DNA of 64,000 bases from Chitinophaga pinensis (GCA_943369355.1 CALRMX020000002.1:113376-177375), one strand, 5' to 3'. Shown: positions 26,959-37,106, counted from the first letter of the stretch. Program-made: numbers and translations. Notes: generated from the letters alone by a model not told the origin.

Positions 26959-29052
26959 ATGAAAAAACGACACCTCATCACCGCCGCGCTGCCCTATGCC
27001 AACGGTCCGGTGCACATTGGCCACCTGGCAGGCTGCTACCTGCCCGCCGACTTGTATGTGCGCTATCTCAAAGCCCGCGGCGATGACGTGCTTTTTATTT
27101 GTGGAACCGACGAGCATGGCGTGGCCATCACCTTGAAGGCTCGGAAAGAAGGAAAAACGCCACAGGAGGTGGTAGACCAATACTATACGCTCATTCGCGA
27201 TAGTTTCGCCGAATTCGGCATCGATTTCAGCCATTTTTCACGTACCTCCCGGGCTATACACCACGAAACAGCACAGGATTTCTTTTTGAAGCTGTACGAC
27301 AAAGGCGACTTCACCGAAATAGAAACCGAGCAGTTTTACGACAAAGAAGCCCAGCAATTTTTGGCCGACCGATACATCGTGGGCACCTGCCCGAATTGCA
27401 AAAACGACCGTGCCTACGGCGATCAATGCGAAAACTGTGGCAGCTCACTCAGTCCCGACGAGCTCATCGAGCCCCGTTCGGCCTTGAGTGGCTCGGCACC
27501 CGTCAAGAAAAAAACGGTGAATTGGTTTTTGCCCATGGACAGGCTTGCTGAAGCCCCTGCTTTCAAAAGCTATCAGCAAAGAATTGAGGGTTGGAAGGTA
27601 AATGTAAAAGGCCAGTTCAACAGCTGGCTGCAGCAGGGACTACAGCCCCGCTCCATGACACGCGACCTCGACTGGGGCATACCTGTACCCCTCAACGCCG
27701 CTCAAGGGAAGGTGCTGTATGTGTGGTTTGATGCGCCCATCGGCTACATCTCTGCTACCAAAGAACACTTTGCCGAAAAAGGAGAACCCGACGGCTGGAA
27801 ACGTTGGTGGCAAGACGAAAGCACTCGTTTGGTGCATTTTATTGGCAAAGACAATATCGTTTTCCATACGCTCATCTTCCCGATGATGCTACTCGAACAT
27901 GGCGACTTTATCGTGCCCGAGCAAGTACCTGCCAACGAGTTCCTGAACCTCGAAGGCGAAAAACTATCCACCTCCCGCAACTGGGCCATTTGGCTGCACG
28001 AATACCTGCAGGAGTTCCCAGGCAAGCAAGACGAACTACGCTATACGCTCACGGCTATTGCGCCCGAAACCAAAGACAGCGACTTCACCTGGAAGGACTA
28101 TCAACTGCGGGTAAATAGCGAGTTGGTGGCCATTTTCGGCAATTTTGTAAACAGGGTGATGGTGCTTGTACACAAATACTACGAAGGTGCTGTGCCCGAC
28201 GGCAAGATCAAGCCCGACAGTGCCGCAAGGGCAGCGGTGCTCGATGCCATCCGCAGCCACCAGGAGGAGATGCTCACCCACCAAGCCGAATTGTTGCAGG
28301 CACTCAACGAATTCCGCTTCCGCGACGCCCAAGCCTGGATGATGAACATTGCCCGCTCGGGCAATAAGTTCTTGGCCGAAACTGAACCTTGGAAGCTCAT
28401 CAAAGAAGACGAAGAAGCCGTGGGTGCTGTGCTCAACCAAGCGGTTCAAGATTGCGCCTTGCTGGCCATTGCTTGCGAACCCTTTCTGCCGTTCACCTCA
28501 GGCAGGCTCATGAAACAGTTGCGCTGGGAGTCGGAATCGCAGCTGCGCCGGGCCTTCTGGAAAGACGGCATGTTGGTACAACCCATCGAAACCGGCCACA
28601 AACTCGGCAATCCTGAGCTACTTTTCCGCAATATAGAAGACGAACAAATGGACGCACAACGCGCCAAACTCACCAAAACACCCGAAATAGTGCAAAGCCC
28701 CGAAACCAACAGCAGCCCTTTAAAAGCAGAAATACAATACGACGATTTTGCGAAACTCGACCTCCGTGTGGGTACCATCGTCGCCGCCGAAAAGGTAGAG
28801 GGCGCCGACAAGCTATTAAAATTAACTGTCGACTTAGGCTTTGAGCAGCGTACGGTTGTGAGCGGTATTGCGTTGCACTTTGCACCCGAAGCAGTGGTAG
28901 GTCAGCAAGTTACCTTATTGGCAAACCTGGCACCACGCAAGCTACGCGGCATTGTGTCGCAAGGCATGATTCTCATGGCCGAAAATGCCGAAGGAAAATT
29001 GATTTTCCTGTCTCCAGCCGATCTCACCAATCCAGGAGCGAGCATCTCCTAA
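26959..29052 (+). CDS. metG: Methionine--tRNA ligase with C-terminal EMAP/Trbp111-like tRNA-binding domain
   Basis: HIGH region (PYANGPVHIGH), a zinc knuckle (CPNCKNDRAYGDQCENCG), a KMSKS-like KLSTSRN, and the C-terminal LDLRVGTIVAAEKVEGADKLLKLTVDLG. Confidence 0.95.
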   Translation: MKKRHLITAALPYANGPVHIGHLAGCYLPADLYVRYLKARGDDVLFICGTDEHGVAITLKARKEGKTPQEVVDQYYTLIRDSFAEFGIDFSHFSRTSRAIHHETAQDFFLKLYDKGDFTEIETEQFYDKEAQQFLADRYIVGTCPNCKNDRAYGDQCENCGSSLSPDELIEPRSALSGSAPVKKKTVNWFLPMDRLAEAPAFKSYQQRIEGWKVNVKGQFNSWLQQGLQPRSMTRDLDWGIPVPLNAAQGKVLYVWFDAPIGYISATKEHFAEKGEPDGWKRWWQDESTRLVHFIGKDNIVFHTLIFPMMLLEHGDFIVPEQVPANEFLNLEGEKLSTSRNWAIWLHEYLQEFPGKQDELRYTLTAIAPETKDSDFTWKDYQLRVNSELVAIFGNFVNRVMVLVHKYYEGAVPDGKIKPDSAARAAVLDAIRSHQEEMLTHQAELLQALNEFRFRDAQAWMMNIARSGNKFLAETEPWKLIKEDEEAVGAVLNQAVQDCALLAIACEPFLPFTSGRLMKQLRWESESQLRRAFWKDGMLVQPIETGHKLGNPELLFRNIEDEQMDAQRAKLTKTPEIVQSPETNSSPLKAEIQYDDFAKLDLRVGTIVAAEKVEGADKLLKLTVDLGFEQRTVVSGIALHFAPEAVVGQQVTLLANLAPRKLRGIVSQGMILMAENAEGKLIFLSPADLTNPGASIS

Positions 29053-29224
29053 TAAGAACTACTTAAGCTATAACGCCGATGTGCACATGCGCTTGGCTGT
29101 GGCAATGAGCGTTTAATTTCTTGACACCTAAAGCTGCACTTTTATCCGTTTTGCACTTCACGACACCCTAAATGGGTACTTTGGAGCTAAAAACTGGTTC
29201 CGTTTTGCAAACCTTGGTTTGTGC

Positions 29225-29232
29225 TATATTTG
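29225..29232 (+). promoter_or_regulatory. -7 box TATATTTG, 3 nt upstream of the esterase ATG, with a TTTG about 17 nt further upstream
   Basis: Exact TAnnTTTG match. A candidate -33 TTTG lies at 29204-29207. Confidence 0.45.
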
Positions 29233-29235
29233 TAC

Positions 29236-30429
29236 ATGCGCAATTTTCTCGTACTTGGTTTATTCCTACTCAGTGGCCCCATTTTCGGTCAAAGCCGTTA
29301 TTTCAACGAAATATTCACCGCGGCCGACAGCACGACCAATGTCGTGTATGGGCAAAACCTCAGCTGGAATAACCAAAACACCACGCTGGCTTTAGATGTG
29401 TATCAACCTCAGGGTGATACGCTCGGCGTACGTCCGTTGATGGTGTTTGTGCACGGCGGTTCGTTTACTGGTGGCGTTCGCAATGATCCGTTCATGCGTG
29501 AGCTGTGCATCAGTTTTGCACGCCGCGGCTTCGTTACTGCTACCGTCAGCTACCGACTGGGTGTTGATTTGAATAATCTCACCACCCTCAACCAGGAATT
29601 TATGAAAGCCACCTTGCGCTCGATGCAAGACGTGAAGGCTGCCCTTCGGTTTTTCAGAAAAAGTGTAGCCGAAAATGGCAATCCGTACCGTATCGATACC
29701 AGCCGTATCCTACTTGGTGGTTATTCGGCAGGGGCCATCAGTAGCATCCACAGCCTTTTGCTCACCGATACCACCTTGGCCAGCCCGGTTTTGCGGCAGC
29801 TCATCAACCAACTCGGCGGATTAGAAGGCAATAGCGGCAACCCTGGCTACAGCAGCAGTGCCAAAGCCCTCTTTAGCCTTGCCGGGGCGGTGCTCGACAC
29901 GGCATTGGTCACGGGCGGTGCGGTACCATCGCTGCATATCCACGGCACGGCCGATCAAACCGTTCCTTACGGCCGAGGTTTTGCCTCCGCCAATGGCTTC
30001 CCAGTGATTGAAGTGTTTGGTAGCTCGCTGCTGCACGCCCGATTGCAAAATTCAGGAGCCATCAGTACGCTCAGCACGCTGCAGCAGGTGGGCCACGATT
30101 TGGTGACGAACCCCAATACACGCGAAGCCGTTAAATTTTCTTTGGCCTTGTTTGCCTACAGCTTCATGATCGATGCCCTCGCGGTAAACGAACAAAAACT
30201 AAGTGGCATTCGCCTATACCCCAACCCTACCCGCGACGAGTTTACCTTGGAAGGTGCTCCCGAAGGCAGTACGCTTGAGCTGTATACTTTGCAAGGCAAG
30301 CTGGTTCATACACAAACGATAGGTTCGTACGAGCAACTCAACAGCCGTCTTTGGCCAGCAGGCATGTATGTAGTGCGTATTACGCACCAATCACGCAGTA
30401 CGACACAACGGTTGGTGATTCGCCAATAA
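29236..30429 (+). CDS. Secreted alpha/beta-hydrolase (carboxylesterase-like) with T9SS C-terminal sorting domain
   Basis: Oxyanion motif VFVHGGSF, nucleophile elbow GGYSAGA, a later HGTADQTVP, and the C-terminal LYPNPTRDEFTLEG...GMYVVRI... CTD. Confidence 0.8.
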   Translation: MRNFLVLGLFLLSGPIFGQSRYFNEIFTAADSTTNVVYGQNLSWNNQNTTLALDVYQPQGDTLGVRPLMVFVHGGSFTGGVRNDPFMRELCISFARRGFVTATVSYRLGVDLNNLTTLNQEFMKATLRSMQDVKAALRFFRKSVAENGNPYRIDTSRILLGGYSAGAISSIHSLLLTDTTLASPVLRQLINQLGGLEGNSGNPGYSSSAKALFSLAGAVLDTALVTGGAVPSLHIHGTADQTVPYGRGFASANGFPVIEVFGSSLLHARLQNSGAISTLSTLQQVGHDLVTNPNTREAVKFSLALFAYSFMIDALAVNEQKLSGIRLYPNPTRDEFTLEGAPEGSTLELYTLQGKLVHTQTIGSYEQLNSRLWPAGMYVVRITHQSRSTTQRLVIRQ

Positions 30430-30509
30430 TGCCCTTAACAAATCCAGCTCCATCAGGGCCGACCATCGATTAAGCTGCAGCGACCACAAGCTATACTTTG
30501 ACCCTCAAA

Positions 30510-30543
30510 GGCCGCGAGGAGGTGAATAGCGCGGCTATTTTTT
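30510..30543 (+). terminator. Intrinsic terminator after the esterase gene
   Basis: GGCCGCG ... CGCGGCT stem followed by ATTTTTT. Confidence 0.6.
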
Positions 30544-30578
30544 CCTTCTGCCTCAAAAGTCGTATTTTCGCAGCCCGC

Positions 30579-30653
30579 GGCCCTGTAGTTCAACGGATAG
30601 AATAGAAGTTTCCTAAACTTTAGATATGGGTTCGATTCCCGTCGGGGCTACCA
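30579..30653 (+). tRNA. tRNA-Arg (anticodon CCT), CCA encoded
   Basis: Hand-folded cloverleaf. Acceptor GGCCCTG/CGGGGCT. D arm GTTC-AACGGATA-GAAT. Anticodon arm GAAGT-TTCCTAA-ACTTT. T arm ATGGG-TTCGATT-CCCGT. Discriminator A, then CCA. Confidence 0.85.
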
Positions 30654-30654
30654 C

Positions 30655-30689
30655 AACCCTGTTAAACCTCCGTTTGACAGGGTTTTTTT
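30655..30689 (+). terminator. Intrinsic terminator after the tRNA
   Basis: AACCCTGT ... ACAGGGTT stem followed by a T-run (TTTTTTT). Confidence 0.7.
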
Positions 30690-30854
30690 ATGTCGCATGC
30701 CGTTAAGCTTCTTTGGCGCCGGCTTCATGCTGAATGACCCTTCTGCTCAAAAACTGAACAGCTCTTGCTGAACATCTACCGCCTCTAGCGCTATTAACTC
30801 AAATCAATTGTATAAATTCCAATTCCGCAAAACACATACATACCGCAACCCGCT

Positions 30855-31763
30855 ATGTCGCATAAACACCATACACCCTACTACCCCTCGTTTTTAAGGC
30901 TTGTTTTAAGCTTGACGGCCCTAGGTCTGCTAGCAGGCTGCTCTTCTGTTTTTCATCTGTTACCATCTCGCAAAGTACATGCGATCAGCTTCGAAACAAC
31001 TGCCACCGATCCCGAGCTCAAGTTCATTTACCCCGACTCGGTGAATTCGCCCGAACTCGCCCAACTCAGGAGCAAATACCAACTCGATACACTCATGGCC
31101 GGCAAATCTTCTGCATTCGAAAAACAACTTGCCTTGCTGGCTTGGACCAACAGTAGATGGGAGCACAGCGGCTCGAACATGCCCTCCGCATCGAATACCT
31201 TCACGATTTTAGAAGAAGCCCAACAAGGAAAAAAGTTTCGTTGTGTGGAATATGGCATTGTGCTCAAAAGTGTGCTTGCCGCCTACGGCTATCCAGCGAG
31301 AACGCTAGGTTTAAAAACTCGCGACGTGGAGCGAACCCGCATTGGTGCCGGACATGTACTCACCGAAGTATGGTCAGAAACCTATCAAAAATGGTATTTG
31401 CTCGATGGTCAGTTCAACATCGTGGTGGTACAAAACGGAGTTCCGTTGAATGCGGTCGAAATTCAAAAGGCCATCCAGCAGCAGGAAACTATTTCTTTTG
31501 TTGATGGTCAAGGAGAAATCGATAAAAGTAGGCGCAAAAAATACCTGAAGTTTCTTCCGCATTATTTGTACTATTTCGATTATAAGTTTGACCAGCGCGA
31601 TTTACCCTATGCGCAGTTGGTGAAAGTAAATGGGAAAGGCGTTCTCATGCTCGTGCCACAAGGTGCGGCAAAGCCCACTATTTTTCAGCGGAAACACCCC
31701 ATGGACTATCTCCATCACACAAATTCTTTGGCCGATTTTTACAGGAAACCGAATTCGCTTTAG
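30855..31763 (+). CDS. Transglutaminase-like (Cys-His-Asp) lipoprotein
   Basis: Lipobox LLAGCSS. The core is KKFRCVEYGIVL (Cys) ... GAGHVLTEVW (His) ... WYLLDGQF (Asp). Confidence 0.7.
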   Translation: MSHKHHTPYYPSFLRLVLSLTALGLLAGCSSVFHLLPSRKVHAISFETTATDPELKFIYPDSVNSPELAQLRSKYQLDTLMAGKSSAFEKQLALLAWTNSRWEHSGSNMPSASNTFTILEEAQQGKKFRCVEYGIVLKSVLAAYGYPARTLGLKTRDVERTRIGAGHVLTEVWSETYQKWYLLDGQFNIVVVQNGVPLNAVEIQKAIQQQETISFVDGQGEIDKSRRKKYLKFLPHYLYYFDYKFDQRDLPYAQLVKVNGKGVLMLVPQGAAKPTIFQRKHPMDYLHHTNSLADFYRKPNSL

Positions 31764-31832
31764 CCGTTTTCTGCGTTCTCCTAATCGCAGAAATATGTAA
31801 AAGCTAAAAACAACTCAGCCTACTCGCTCAAA

Positions 31833-32258
31833 ATGGAAAAGAATAACCAACTCGCCACGCCATTCGCTCAATCTTATTTCCATGGCACTACCGCCGAACT
31901 TAGCGTTGGCGATTTGCTGCAAATAGGATTTCCTACCAACTATGGGAATCAAACTTCACGTTATCTGTTCTTTACGGCAACACTCGATGCAGCCATTTGG
32001 GGTGCCGAATTGGCTAGCGGAAACGTGCCCGGTCGAATTTATGTGGTAGAACCAACGGGCGAGTTCGAAAACGATCCCGACCTAACCGACCAACGCTTTC
32101 CGGGCAATCCTACGCTGTCGTACCGAACAAAACACCCTTTGCGCGTATTGGGCGAAGTAGTGCATTGGCAGGGTCATCCGGCCGAACAAGTTAAATCCAT
32201 GCAGGCTACCTTAGCTGAACTGCATAAAAAAGGCGTAAAATCGCTGAACGAAGAGTAG
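31833..32258 (+). CDS. arr: Rifampin ADP-ribosyltransferase (Arr family)
   Basis: Full-length resemblance to Arr-2 / mycobacterial Arr from memory: YFHGTTAELSVGDLL, YLFFTATLDAAIWGAELA, IYVVEPTGEFENDPDLTDQRFPGNPTLSYRTKHPLRVLGEVVHWQGHP. 141 aa. Confidence 0.9.
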   Translation: MEKNNQLATPFAQSYFHGTTAELSVGDLLQIGFPTNYGNQTSRYLFFTATLDAAIWGAELASGNVPGRIYVVEPTGEFENDPDLTDQRFPGNPTLSYRTKHPLRVLGEVVHWQGHPAEQVKSMQATLAELHKKGVKSLNEE

Positions 32259-32459
32259 ATGTGTGTTAACCAAAAAGTAAAATTGAATACTGCTCCGCTG
32301 CTTCAAAAAAAGCTGTTCAGCACATTGCCGTTTGTTTTCATGCTTTTGGTCAACTATTTCTTTTGGTATTCTCAGGAGTCAATTAATAAATCACAACCTA
32401 AAAAATGGCCTTCCTAATCAACTAGTATGTAACTTCAAATTGATTAATGTTTCTAACTT

Positions 32460-33131
32460 TTGTTTGAAAAAGTACTAAAATGCTTCTTTTGGGTGGCTTT
32501 GGTCAGTTTATTGGCCATTGGTTGTAAGAAAGACAATAGCTCCAGCCCTGTACCTCCGAGGAAGGAAATGTTTCATTTGCCTCAAGATGCTTACGACTTC
32601 TTCAACTATCAAGTAGGTGAACGTCGCGTGTACATTGACAGCCTCAGTGGAGAAAGGGATACACTAACATGTGTAGAGGTAGATCGGTACATTTTACGAA
32701 ACATGTGGGGTGATACCTTTCTCTTTGACGAAGAAGCTTTTAAAATTAAATTTAGAAGCAGCAAAGATGGTCTCTTCTACACCTATAAATCCAAATTATT
32801 ATTGTCTAATAACGGTAGAGAAGATTTTATCATTGAAGAGGCGGTAATACCATGGGGCAATTCAATTTTAGCAACATTACCATTTAATGTTGGAAAACAA
32901 ATGGAAGACATTCACAGCGGTGGAACTGCCAAGGTTCAATCGTTCACTTCACAAATTACCATATCTGGTATTACTTTTCTAGATGTGTACCATCTTGCGA
33001 ATAGTATTGTAAAAGGTAGAAATGGTGCAACTGTCGATTACTATTTTGCCCGAAATAAAGGGTTGGTGGCAATAAAGAACTATAAGACAAATAAATTTTG
33101 GGTACTACAAGAGGTTTTATCATTGTACTAA
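32460..33131 (+). CDS. Hypothetical lipoprotein in an AT-rich segment
   Basis: Lipobox LLAIGCKKD. No recognisable domain. TTG start as supplied; no in-frame ATG nearby. Confidence 0.5.
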   Translation: MFEKVLKCFFWVALVSLLAIGCKKDNSSSPVPPRKEMFHLPQDAYDFFNYQVGERRVYIDSLSGERDTLTCVEVDRYILRNMWGDTFLFDEEAFKIKFRSSKDGLFYTYKSKLLLSNNGREDFIIEEAVIPWGNSILATLPFNVGKQMEDIHSGGTAKVQSFTSQITISGITFLDVYHLANSIVKGRNGATVDYYFARNKGLVAIKNYKTNKFWVLQEVLSLY

Positions 33132-33327
33132 CAATCTATGTTACTGCAGTGGAGTAAACCGATTCGTTTACACAATCTTGAACACTTTATATTGAACTTC
33201 AAGGATTTAGTGTGTCAACGAAACAGGCTCAAAAAAGTCCAAATTCTCTTAGATCAGGTGCTAGGAGCAATCCGATTCAAACACCCGAGCCCCAGCTTTA
33301 ACCCAGAGTAGGTGGGGGAAATAGCTC

Positions 33328-33921
33328 CTAAAAATTATTGCCGAGGCTCACCGACCAACTGGGCAAGTTCAAACTCGAATAAAAGCTCTGTTGCCCGCGG
33401 AGGTAATAGCTCCTTCCAAAAATGAAAAAGCGAAACGTAGCCGTACCTACCAGATTCCACTGCCTCAAGCGCTCACCAGCAAAATTGCCCCCAAAATATT
33501 CGCCACCCAATCCAATAGCGCCGCCTACCTTCGACTCATTCAGTTTGGTAGCTTGGTGCCCGATACTGTATTCCAAAGTAATCGGCAATTGAATGAGCGA
33601 GTAGTTTCCAAAATTGGAGAACTGTAAGATAAATGCAGGCTGTGCGACTAAGCCAATACTCCTCACCTGTTCAGGCTCCCTGAGGTTGAGTCGGAAAATA
33701 CCCGAAGGCATGGGCAAGTTAACCCGACCAAAATCGCTCGTTATCACATAAAAGGTGAAACCACCCCCCCACATGAACCTATTCGCCCAATCGATATCGC
33801 GTTGTACTGTTGCCAATCCACCACTTTTGGATTTACCGAGATAAGCATTAAAAGTGCTGTCTTGTGCCTGCAAAACAAAGGTGCATGCAAAAAAAAGAAG
33901 GGTTAAAATGCAGCTGCGCAT
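33328..33921 (-). CDS. Small outer-membrane beta-barrel-like protein
   Basis: Signal peptide MRSCILTLLFFACTFVLQAQ, alternating hydrophobic strands, and a C-terminal ...SLGNNF ending in an aromatic residue. A CAAAAATA (-7 box on the minus strand) lies 14 nt upstream of ATG 33921. Confidence 0.5.
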   Translation of the reverse strand: MRSCILTLLFFACTFVLQAQDSTFNAYLGKSKSGGLATVQRDIDWANRFMWGGGFTFYVITSDFGRVNLPMPSGIFRLNLREPEQVRSIGLVAQPAFILQFSNFGNYSLIQLPITLEYSIGHQATKLNESKVGGAIGLGGEYFGGNFAGERLRQWNLVGTATFRFFIFGRSYYLRGQQSFYSSLNLPSWSVSLGNNF

Positions 33922-34024
33922 GGGTGAGAAACGGTCAAAAATAGACAAAATTACGCCCCGTTGCCGCTGGTTTGCCACAGGCAAAGGGAAAGCCTTATCT
34001 TTAGGGCAGGTATATGCTTCTTTT

Positions 34025-34408
34025 ATGAATTTCACGCAACTCAAGGAAATGCACATCCAGGTAAAAAACCTGCGAAAAACGCTATCGTTTTACCAGGATA
34101 CACTCGGCTTCATGACGTTGAGCTACCAAAAGGAGAAACACGCCATATTTAAAGTAGGACGTACTGTTTTGGTTGCTCACTTGGTGAAAGGCAACGAACA
34201 GGAAGGGCCTGCATCCGAATATCCGAACAGTCACTTGGTCCTCGAATCGTCGAAAGGTGAGTACGAAAGCAATAAAGAAGACCTTATTTACGATGAAATA
34301 GAAATACTCGAGGAAACCACACGTGAAAGTGGTCACCGGGCATTTTTTATCAACGACCCCGACGGCAATCTGGTTGAAATTACCGAATACGGTATTTGGG
34401 AAAACTGA
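34025..34408 (+). CDS. VOC-family (glyoxalase / bleomycin-resistance / dioxygenase fold) protein
   Basis: MHIQVKNLRKTLSFYQDTLGF ... HLVLE ... FFINDPDGNLVEI is a typical paired beta-alpha-beta-beta-beta module. Start moved to ATG 34025. Confidence 0.7.
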   Translation: MNFTQLKEMHIQVKNLRKTLSFYQDTLGFMTLSYQKEKHAIFKVGRTVLVAHLVKGNEQEGPASEYPNSHLVLESSKGEYESNKEDLIYDEIEILEETTRESGHRAFFINDPDGNLVEITEYGIWEN

Positions 34409-34437
34409 ACCAAACTGTCCCCCACGCTCTTACTAGT

Positions 34438-36483
34438 ATGATGAAACGCCTCCTGATAATCGGTCTGCTGCTAATCACCACCGCGCAGGCACAAATACTC
34501 GATCCGGTGAAGTGGAGCTTCCGGGTCGAAAAAACTGGTCCCGACGAAGCGCTATTGCACGCCACAGCGCGTATCGACAAAAACTGGCACCTCTATTCGC
34601 AGTTTATCGAAGAGGGCGGACCTATCCCCACCTCCTTTTCGTTCGAAAACCATCCTTCCTACCAAAAACTGGGTAAAGTCACCGAAAAAGGCAAGCTCAG
34701 CGATGTGTTCGACCCGGTATTTAGCATGCAGCTGAAATACTTCAGCGAGCAGGTAACCTTTACGCAAAAGGTGAAGGTTTTGCAGCCTAAACTGCTAGCC
34801 AAGGGGTTCCTCGAGTTTATGGTTTGCGACGAAAAGCAATGTCTGCCACCCGAAGAGGTCCCTTTCAGCTTTGAAGAGGTAGGCTTTACCCCCGGTGGCG
34901 CCAAAACCGATGCTGCTGACACCTCCGCGGCGCTTCCTGTAGCTATGCCCGACAGTTTGGCCACTTCGTCTCCCGATACTCCTGCGGCACAAATCGACGC
35001 CTCCACCGTTGAAGAACCAGCCGCTGAGCCCGCCAGCTTTTGGGGCATCTTTATCGCAGGCTTTTTGGGTGGGCTGTTAGCCTTGCTTACGCCTTGCGTA
35101 TTCCCGATGATCCCCATGACGGTGAGCTTTTTCACCAAACAAAGCGGCAATCGTGCGCAGGGCATCTTCAAGGCTGTTATTTATGGCATCAGCATCATCG
35201 TAATTTATGTGGGTTTGGGCATGTTGGTCACCCTTCTTTTTGGGGCCGATGCCCTCAATGCCCTCGCCTCCGATATTTGGTTTAACCTGGCCTTTTTTGT
35301 TCTTCTCGTGGTTTTTGGTGCAAGCTTCCTGGGGGCCTTCGAAATCACACTTCCGGCGAGCTGGGTGAACAAAGCCGACCAGCAGAGTGATCGCGGTGGA
35401 CTTATTGGCATCTTTTTCATGGCGTTTACGCTATCGTTGGTATCGTTCAGCTGTACAGGACCCATCATCGGTACCTTGCTGGTAGAAGCAGCCGTAGGCT
35501 CGAGCTATCTTGGCCCAGCCATTGGCATGACCGGCTTTTCGTTGGCGCTCGCCTTACCCTTCACCCTATTTGCCATCTTCCCGGGCTGGCTCAAAAGCCT
35601 ACCGAAATCGGGGGGTTGGCTCAACAGCGTGAAAGTGGTGCTGGGTTTCCTTGAACTCGCCTTTGCCTTGAAATTTTTGAGCAATGTAGACTTGGCCTAC
35701 CATTGGGGTGTGCTCGACCGGGAAGTATTCCTGGTATTGTGGATCTCCATCTTTTTATTGCTCAGCCTTTACCTCATCGGCACCATCCGCTTTTCGCACG
35801 ACAGTCCGCTGCAATACCTCACCATCCCGCGTTTGTTCTTCGCCATTGCAGCTTTCAGCTTCACCATCTACCTCATCCCGGGTTTATGGGGCGCACCCCT
35901 CAAAGCTGTGAATGCGTTTTTACCGCCAATGGCTACGCAAGATTTTGACCTCAGCAGCTACCAGGGCGGCGGAGGCGATGCCCATGAGCAAAGCAGCAGC
36001 AGCGGAGAAAAGAAAAAGTACGGCGAGCTGTTTCATTGTCCACACGGTATCGACTGTTTCTTCGATCTAGAGCAAGGTTTGGCGTACGCCAAAAAGGTGA
36101 ACAAGCCGGTGATGATTGACTTTACGGGACACAGCTGCGTAAACTGCCGCAAGATGGAAGCATCGGTATGGGTTGACCCAACGGTATTGCGTATGCTCAA
36201 AAACGACTACGTACTTATCTCGCTTTATGTGGATGATAAAACACCACTTCCGGCCGAGGAGCAGTATGTGTCGCGTTTTAGCGGTAAAAAGATTAAAAGT
36301 GTAGGCAACAAGTGGAGCGATTTGCAAGCCTCTACCTTCAACATCAACTCGCAGCCGTATTATGTGCTGATGGACCACAACCAAAAGCCGCTAGTACCAC
36401 CTCAAGCCTTTAATCTCGACATTAGCAACTATCAGGAGTTCCTCAAAAGTGGACTCGAGGTTTTTCGCAAGCAACAACCATGA
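34438..36483 (+). CDS. dsbD: Thiol:disulfide interchange protein DsbD-like (N-terminal domain, DsbD/CcdA membrane core and C-terminal thioredoxin)
   Basis: Membrane-core cysteines [12 protein letters not shown] and [11 protein letters not shown]-terminal thioredoxin motif [13 protein letters not shown]. Confidence 0.88.
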   Translation: MMKRLLIIGLLLITTAQAQILDPVKWSFRVEKTGPDEALLHATARIDKNWHLYSQFIEEGGPIPTSFSFENHPSYQKLGKVTEKGKLSDVFDPVFSMQLKYFSEQVTFTQKVKVLQPKLLAKGFLEFMVCDEKQCLPPEEVPFSFEEVGFTPGGAKTDAADTSAALPVAMPDSLATSSPDTPAAQIDASTVEEPAAEPASFWGIFIAGFLGGLLALLTPCVFPMIPMTVSFFTKQSGNRAQGIFKAVIYGISIIVIYVGLGMLVTLLFGADALNALASDIWFNLAFFVLLVVFGASFLGAFEITLPASWVNKADQQSDRGGLIGIFFMAFTLSLVSFSCTGPIIGTLLVEAAVGSSYLGPAIGMTGFSLALALPFTLFAIFPGWLKSLPKSGGWLNSVKVVLGFLELAFALKFLSNVDLAYHWGVLDREVFLVLWISIFLLLSLYLIGTIRFSHDSPLQYLTIPRLFFAIAAFSFTIYLIPGLWGAPLKAVNAFLPPMATQDFDLSSYQGGGGDAHEQSSSSGEKKKYGELFHCPHGIDCFFDLEQGLAYAKKVNKPVMIDFTGHSCVNCRKMEASVWVDPTVLRMLKNDYVLISLYVDDKTPLPAEEQYVSRFSGKKIKSVGNKWSDLQASTFNINSQPYYVLMDHNQKPLVPPQAFNLDISNYQEFLKSGLEVFRKQQP

Positions 36484-37061
36484 GCCGACACCAACATCTA
36501 CGCGAAAGTTTAGCCGAAGCACGCGCCCTTTTGGACGTGCTCCTGGCCGACGACCAGTGGCTGGAGCAGCTAGCGTATGCCGGGGATGTATTGAGTCATG
36601 CCTTGAGACAGCAGCGACAAGTGATAAGTTGTGGCAATGGTGGCTCGATGAGCGATGCCATGCATTTTGCCGAAGAACTGAGTGGCCGTTACCGCAACGA
36701 CCGACCAGCATTACCCGCCATGGCCATCAGCGACCCGGCCTACCTCAGTTGTACTGCCAACGATTATGGCTATGAGGCGGTATTTAGCAGATATGTAGAA
36801 GCATTTGGCCGAAAAGGCGACGTTTTATTGGCCATAAGCACCAGCGGGAACTCGACCAATGTACTCAAAGCGGCACAAGCAGCACGCGAGCGTGGCATGA
36901 CCGTGATAGCACTTACCGGTAAAGACGGCGGACAGCTTGCCAAGCTTTGCGATATTGAATTGCGTGTGCCCCATCAAGGCTATGCCGACCGTATTCAGGA
37001 GGTGCACATCAAAATCATTCACATCCTGATTGCCGAGATAGAACGACAGCTTTTCGGCTAA
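36480..37061 (+). CDS. gmhA: D-sedoheptulose-7-phosphate isomerase (SIS domain)
   Basis: [36 protein letters not shown] is almost colinear with E. coli GmhA. ISTSGNS motif present. Overlaps the dsbD stop by 4 nt. Confidence 0.88.
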   Translation: MSRHQHLRESLAEARALLDVLLADDQWLEQLAYAGDVLSHALRQQRQVISCGNGGSMSDAMHFAEELSGRYRNDRPALPAMAISDPAYLSCTANDYGYEAVFSRYVEAFGRKGDVLLAISTSGNSTNVLKAAQAARERGMTVIALTGKDGGQLAKLCDIELRVPHQGYADRIQEVHIKIIHILIAEIERQLFG

Positions 37062-37106
37062 AATCAAACTTTTTCGAAGCAGCCTTGGGAGTTGCATAAT
37101 TATTCA

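Noticed and set aside
29145-29209. 11-nt direct repeat TCCGTTTTGCA (29145-29155 and 29199-29209) upstream of the esterase gene, and a repeated ACATGCGC at 29078-29089 and 29232-29241
   Set aside because: These are short, with only two copies each. The second TCCGTTTTGCA copy is already explained as the -33 TTTG of the esterase promoter. The evidence is insufficient to call a regulatory site.
30654-34408. Integrative element inserted at tRNA-Arg
   Set aside because: No integrase, excisionase or transposase ORF is present. By eye I found no direct repeat of the tRNA 3' end downstream. It is kept only as a weak accessory-islet observation.
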